Positions 62,001-64,000 of a stretch of 64,000 bases of DNA are shown piece after piece (within the stretch, counting starts at the first letter, position 1; each line of letters begins with the position of its first letter). The position numbers were made by a program, and so were the translations under genes. The stretch lies in the NCBI RefSeq assembly GCF_009914755.1, contig NC_060948.1; one strand, written 5' to 3'. Source of the DNA: the human T2T-CHM13v2.0 reference genome, Homo sapiens. The notes beneath the pieces were generated by a model that saw only the letters and a list, made by a program, of their open reading frames with translations, did no database searches and had not been told where the DNA came from.

Positions 62001-64000
62001 GGAATGGAATGGAAGGGATTGGAATGGACTCGAATGGAATGGACTGCAATAGAAAGGATTCGAATGGAATGAAAAAGAATTGAATGGAATAGAACAGAAT
62101 GGAATCAAATCGAATGAAATGGAATGGAATAGAAAGGAATGGAATGAAATGGAATGGAAAGGATTCGAATGGAATGCAATCGAATGGAATGGAATCGAAC
62201 GGAATGGAATAAAATGGAAGAAAACTGGCAAGAAATGGAATCGAAATGAATGGAGTGTTATGGAACGGACTCAAAAGGAATTGAATGTAATAGAATGGAG
62301 TGGAGTGGACTCGAATATAATGGACTGGAATGGAATGAAATCACATGGAATGGGAACGAATGGAATGGAATGGAAAGGAATGGAATCGAATGGAAAGGAA
62401 TCGAATGGAAGGGAATGAAATTGAATCAACAGGAATGGAAGGGAATAGAATAGACGGTAATGGAATGGACTCGAATAGAATGGACACGAATGCTCAAATT
62501 GAATGGACTCGAATGGAATGGAAACGAAAGGAATGTCATCGAATGGAATTGAATCGATTGGAATGAAATCGCATAGAATGGAGTGGAATCAAATGGAATT
62601 GAATCGAAAGGAAAGGAAGCGAATGGACTGAAATGAAATGGAATGGAATTGAATGGAATGTAATGCAATGGAATAGAATGGAACGAAATTTCACGGAATG
62701 GAATCAAACTGAATGGAATCAAATCAATGGAATATAATCAAATGGAATGGAAAGGAATTGAATGGAGTAGATTGGATTGGATGGGATTGGAATGAAATGT
62801 ACTGGAAAGGACTCGAATTTCATGAAACGGAATGGAATGAATTGGAACGGAATGGACTCGAATGGAATGGAATGTCATGGAATGGCATCAAATGGAATGG
62901 CATCAAATGGAATGGAATCGAATGCAATGGAACGCTATGGAATGGAATGGAATGCATTGGAATGGAATGTCCTCTAATGGAATGGATTCGAGTGGAATGG
63001 AATCGAATATAATGGAGTCGAATGAAATGGAATTGAAAGGAATGGGATCGAATAGAATGGAATATACTGGAATGTAATGTTTTGAACTCGAATGTAATTG
63101 ACTGGAATGGAATGTACATGAATGGAATGTAATCGAATGGAAAGTAATCCAATGGAATAGAATCTAATGCAATAAAATCGACTCAGATAGAGTAGAATGT
63201 AATGGAATGGAGTGCAGTGCAATGGAATGGAATGGAATGGAATGCAATGGAATGGAATGGAATGGAATGGGATGGGATGGAATGGTATGGAATGGATAGT
63301 AATGAACTGGAGTGAAATGGACTGGAAAGGAATGGAGTCAAATTGAAAGGGCTCGAAAGGAATGGAGTCAAATGGAATAGTCTGGAATGGAATGAACACG
63401 AATGTAATGCAATCCAATAGAATGGAATCGAATGGCATGGAATATAAAGAAATGGAATCGAAGAGAATGGAAACAAATGGAATGGAATTGAATGGAATGG
63501 AATTGAATGGAATGGGAACGAATGGAGTGAAATTGTATGCAGTAGAAGGGAATAGAATGGAATGCAAGCGAAAGGAAAGGAATGGATTGGAATGGAATGG
63601 AATTCATTGGAATGGAAGGGAATGTAGTGTAATGGACAGGCCTGGAATAAAGTGGAACGCTACGGTCTCGAACGGAATAAAAATGTATGGAATGGAATGC
63701 AATGAAACGGAATCGAATGTCATAGAATGTAATGGAATGCAAAAAAATGGAATCCAAAATCATTGACTGGAAAGGCTGGGTGTCGAAAGGAATTGACTCC
63801 AATGGAATGGAATCGAATGGAATGGAAGTGAATAGAATCGAACTAAATCGAATGGAATGGAATTGATAGGAACGGAATAGAAAGGAATGCAATGATTTGG
63901 CATGGAATGGAATCGAATGGCATCGAATGGAATGGAATGGAATGCAATGGAATGGAATGTATTAGAATGTAATGAACTTTAATGGAATGTACTCGAATGG

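Larger units (their letters stand above)
27538..64000 (+). repeat. DYZ1: DYZ1 / human satellite 3 (HSat3) array, (GGAAT)n on + strand with ~3.56-kb higher-order unit
   Basis: Degenerate GGAAT pentamer lattice. A single AGGCCT (StuI/HaeIII) site per unit lies at 31698, 35242, 38791, 42345, 45909, 49473, 53017, 56586, 60155 and 63638, giving periods of 3544, 3549, 3554, 3564, 3564, 3544, 3569, 3569 and 3483 bp. A conserved EcoRI site sits 38 bp upstream of it (e.g. 31660). 3564 bp is the classical DYZ1 unit length. Confidence 0.96.

Noticed and set aside
29360-63690. Multiple AATAAA polyadenylation-like signals on the G-rich DYZ1 strand
   Set aside because: They arise easily from GGAAT followed by an A-rich variant pentamer. 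No downstream GU-rich element is evident and they cannot be supported without transcript data.
27589-63892. Hundreds of ORFs up to 318 aa (MEWNG- and IPFHS-repeat peptides)
   Set aside because: These are direct translations of (GGAAT)n and (ATTCC)n, which have no stop codons when pure. They overlap in all frames, repeat with each unit, and are split or fused by 5-bp indels, so there is no sign of coding constraint.
27538-64000. HSat2 or autosomal HSat3 identity; alpha satellite or telomere repeats
   Set aside because: CATTCGATTC is not the dominant motif, there is no 171-bp monomer or TTAGGG tract, and the 3564-bp HaeIII/EcoRI period next to a 2.4-kb Alu-containing repeat fits DYZ1/DYZ2.

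Overview
This window is eukaryotic satellite DNA with no credible protein-coding or RNA gene. It matches a DYZ2-to-DYZ1 array boundary in human Yq12 heterochromatin. Bases 1-27538 are a tandem array of the ~2.4-kb DYZ2 (HSat1B) composite: 11 full units plus a truncated 12th, each with a ~1.55-kb AT-rich tract, a minus-strand Alu and a ~570-bp HSATI-like segment. At 27538/27539 it switches abruptly to a (GGAAT)n human satellite 3 array with the ~3.56-kb DYZ1 higher-order unit, which runs to the end of the window. Two periods are exactly 3564 bp, the classical DYZ1 length. All supplied ORFs are by-products of the satellite lattices. I found no new gene system. The most interesting observations are three in-register perfect heat-shock elements per DYZ1 unit, a 2075-bp internally deleted DYZ1 unit and diverged DYZ2 units at the junction, mixed AluSc/AluY diagnostics in the DYZ2 Alu, and several local duplication, conversion and deletion events. 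Family names come from recognition of the sequence, not from database searches.
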